Position numbers and translations under genes: made by a program. A DNA stretch of 27,567 bases from an uncultured Candidatus Saccharibacteria bacterium (GTDB lineage Bacteria; Patescibacteriota; Minisyncoccia; Phycocordibacterales; CAIZIN01), in the NCBI GenBank assembly GCA_964472605.1, contig CAYYLG010000004.1:1-27567 (forward strand), in the 5' to 3' direction. Shown in pieces: positions 25,910 to 27,567 of this stretch. Under the pieces are notes generated by a model that saw only the letters and a list, made by a program, of their open reading frames with translations, made no database searches and was not told where the DNA came from. The stretch's first letter is position 1. Each line of letters starts with the position of its first letter.

Positions 25910-26794
25910 ATGTCAAAAGAGGAGATACAAAAGCAAATAGACGAGCTGGAAGCATCTATGGGAAGCCCTGATTTTTGGTCTGATAAAGATAAAGCACAAG
26001 AAAAGATAAAAGTGCTTCAGGAATTAAAGGAAAAATTAGCGGGTGTAGGTAAATATGACAAAGGTGAAGCGGTAATGACCATAATCTCTGGGGCGGGAGG
26101 GATTGATGCTGAGGATTTTGCTTCCATGCTTCTTCATATGTATCAAAAATATTTAGAAAAAAACAAATGGAGCTACTGTGTACTTCATGAAAATCAGAAC
26201 GATCATGGTGGTTACAGAAATATTACTGTAGAAATAAGTGGTAAGAATGTTTACGGGACTTTGAAGGGAGAGAATGGGGTCCATAGACTGGTGCGTGTAT
26301 CACCGTTTAATGCCAAAGGTTTGCGTCACACATCATTTGCACTAGTAGAAGTAATTCCTAAATTTGAAAAAGTTGATGCATCACAGATAGAAGTAAGGCC
26401 AGATGAAATATCTGTGGATACTGCCAAATCCGGTGGACCTGGAGGACAAAATGTAAACAAGAGGGAGACAGCGGTACGTATCGTGCATTTACCAACAAAG
26501 ATTGCGGTGCATGTAGATGGTGAGAGAAGTCAGGCTCAAAACAAGGAAAAGGCGATGGATATATTACGAGCGAAGCTTTTTGTCAGAATGGAAGAAGAGA
26601 GAAAAGCCAAAGAAGCTGGAATGTATGTTACAAAATCAGCAGATATAGAATGGGGAAATCAAATCCGTTCATATGTGCTTCACCCATACAAAATGGTTAA
26701 GGATCATCGGACAAATGTTGAGACCTCTCAGGTGGATAAGGTCCTCGAAGGAGATATTGATGAGTTTATTGAAGCAGAGAAAAGTATAGTATAA
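25910..26794 (+). CDS. prfB: Peptide chain release factor 2 (short form, no programmed frameshift)
   Basis: SPF tripeptide-anticodon motif (VSPFNAKG) and GGQ (SGGPGGQNVNK); start at ATG 25910 (MSKEEIQ); lacks the N-terminal ~25 aa that precede the frameshift site in E. coli RF2. Confidence 0.85.
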   Translation: MSKEEIQKQIDELEASMGSPDFWSDKDKAQEKIKVLQELKEKLAGVGKYDKGEAVMTIISGAGGIDAEDFASMLLHMYQKYLEKNKWSYCVLHENQNDHGGYRNITVEISGKNVYGTLKGENGVHRLVRVSPFNAKGLRHTSFALVEVIPKFEKVDASQIEVRPDEISVDTAKSGGPGGQNVNKRETAVRIVHLPTKIAVHVDGERSQAQNKEKAMDILRAKLFVRMEEERKAKEAGMYVTKSADIEWGNQIRSYVLHPYKMVKDHRTNVETSQVDKVLEGDIDEFIEAEKSIV

Positions 26795-26801
26795 TAAAAA
26801 A

Positions 26802-27482
26802 ATGATTTATTTCGACAAAGTCTCAAAGGTATATGACGATGATTCAGTGGCGCTTAAGGATGTAACCTTCAAGATTGCTCCAAATGAATTCGTATCTATT
26901 GTGGGACATTCTGGTGCTGGCAAGACAACACTCCTTAAGATGATTCTTGCAGAGGACAGACCTTCGCATGGGCAGGTATTTTATGAATCTACAGATATAA
27001 ATGATTTGAATCCAAGTGATGTGATTCACTATAGAAGGAAGATCGGTACAGTATTTCAAGACTTTAGACTACTTCCAAACAAGACAGTTTATGAAAACAT
27101 TGCATTTGCCATGGAAGCAGCGGGGAGGCTTGATGAGGAGATAGAGGCAGATGTGCCACATGTACTTGAGCTAGTGGATTTGAAACATAAGATGTGGAAT
27201 TTCCCAAGTGAGCTTTCTGGTGGTGAGAAACAACGTGTTGCCATTGCTCGCGCGATTGTGAATCAACCAGATATCATAATTGCAGATGAGCCAACAGGGA
27301 ATCTGGATCCAATAAATACTTATGACATTGTACAAATACTCAAAAAAGTAAATGATCTCGGTACAACTGTTGTGCTCACAACACATAACAAAGGTGTGAT
27401 AGACAATCTAGGTAGACGAGTTATTACGATGGAAAAAGGAAAAGTGCTTCGTGATGATCCTGAGGGAAGGTATGTGTTATAA
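26802..27482 (+). CDS. ftsE: Cell-division ABC transporter ATP-binding protein
   Basis: Walker A GHSGAGKTT, ABC signature LSGGEKQRVAIARA, Walker B IIIADEPTGNLD; classic prfB-ftsE adjacency. Confidence 0.85.
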   Translation: MIYFDKVSKVYDDDSVALKDVTFKIAPNEFVSIVGHSGAGKTTLLKMILAEDRPSHGQVFYESTDINDLNPSDVIHYRRKIGTVFQDFRLLPNKTVYENIAFAMEAAGRLDEEIEADVPHVLELVDLKHKMWNFPSELSGGEKQRVAIARAIVNQPDIIIADEPTGNLDPINTYDIVQILKKVNDLGTTVVLTTHNKGVIDNLGRRVITMEKGKVLRDDPEGRYVL

Positions 27483-27567
27483 TTTTATATAATATTTCTA
27501 AAATGCTTTGGATTAATTTAAAAAGAATACTGAAATCTGGTTTTGTGAACTTTTGGCGTAATTCATA

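Noticed and set aside
1-27567. Searched for CRISPR arrays, rRNA genes, IS elements/transposases and integrases
   Set aside because: No tandem repeat-spacer arrays, no rRNA-like conserved stretches and no transposase or integrase-like ORFs were seen. The only tRNA is tRNA-Thr at 25269-25341. Small internal ORFs within rpoB/rpoC/dnaG (e.g. 1537-1722, 2682-2879, 3041-3373, 5395-5631, 8477-8683) are shadow ORFs inside well-supported genes.

Overview
This is a low-GC (roughly 38-40%) bacterial chromosomal segment dominated by housekeeping genes, read with the standard genetic code. The first 11.4 kb is a contiguous plus-strand block: thioesterase, rpoB, rpoC, dnaG and rpoD. A consensus sigma70-like promoter sits upstream and a single strong intrinsic terminator downstream, so the RNAP core genes are fused to a dnaG-rpoD unit of the kind usually found as a separate operon. 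RpoD carries an unusual lysine-rich N-terminal tail. Downstream genes are a UvrD-type SF1 helicase fused to a Cas4/AddB-type Fe-S PD-(D/E)XK nuclease, DsbA-like oxidoreductase, UppP, an orphan CheY receiver, a DEDDy 3'-5' exonuclease, hisS, truB, a KNTase/Lnu-like nucleotidyltransferase, an SDR epimerase, an RRM RNA-binding protein, a large SPFH/flotillin-like protein, rpmG, tRNA-Thr(GGU), prfB and ftsE. A second PD-(D/E)XK Fe-S nuclease domain sits at the 5' window edge and is probably the C-terminus of a paralogous helicase-nuclease. Several single-gene units with clearly elevated GC (about 50-60%) sit in the AT-rich backbone, each with its own promoter and/or terminator, which suggests piecemeal horizontal acquisition. 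These are an unknown 103-aa protein, a secreted-peptide plus 110-aa two-gene module with a long structured leader, an unknown 180-aa protein, and the flotillin gene. A 17-bp direct repeat of the tRNA-Thr 3' end 144 bp downstream of the tRNA looks like an integration (att) footprint. No CRISPR array, rRNA or obvious intact mobile element is present. All functional calls are from motif recognition by eye, with no database search.
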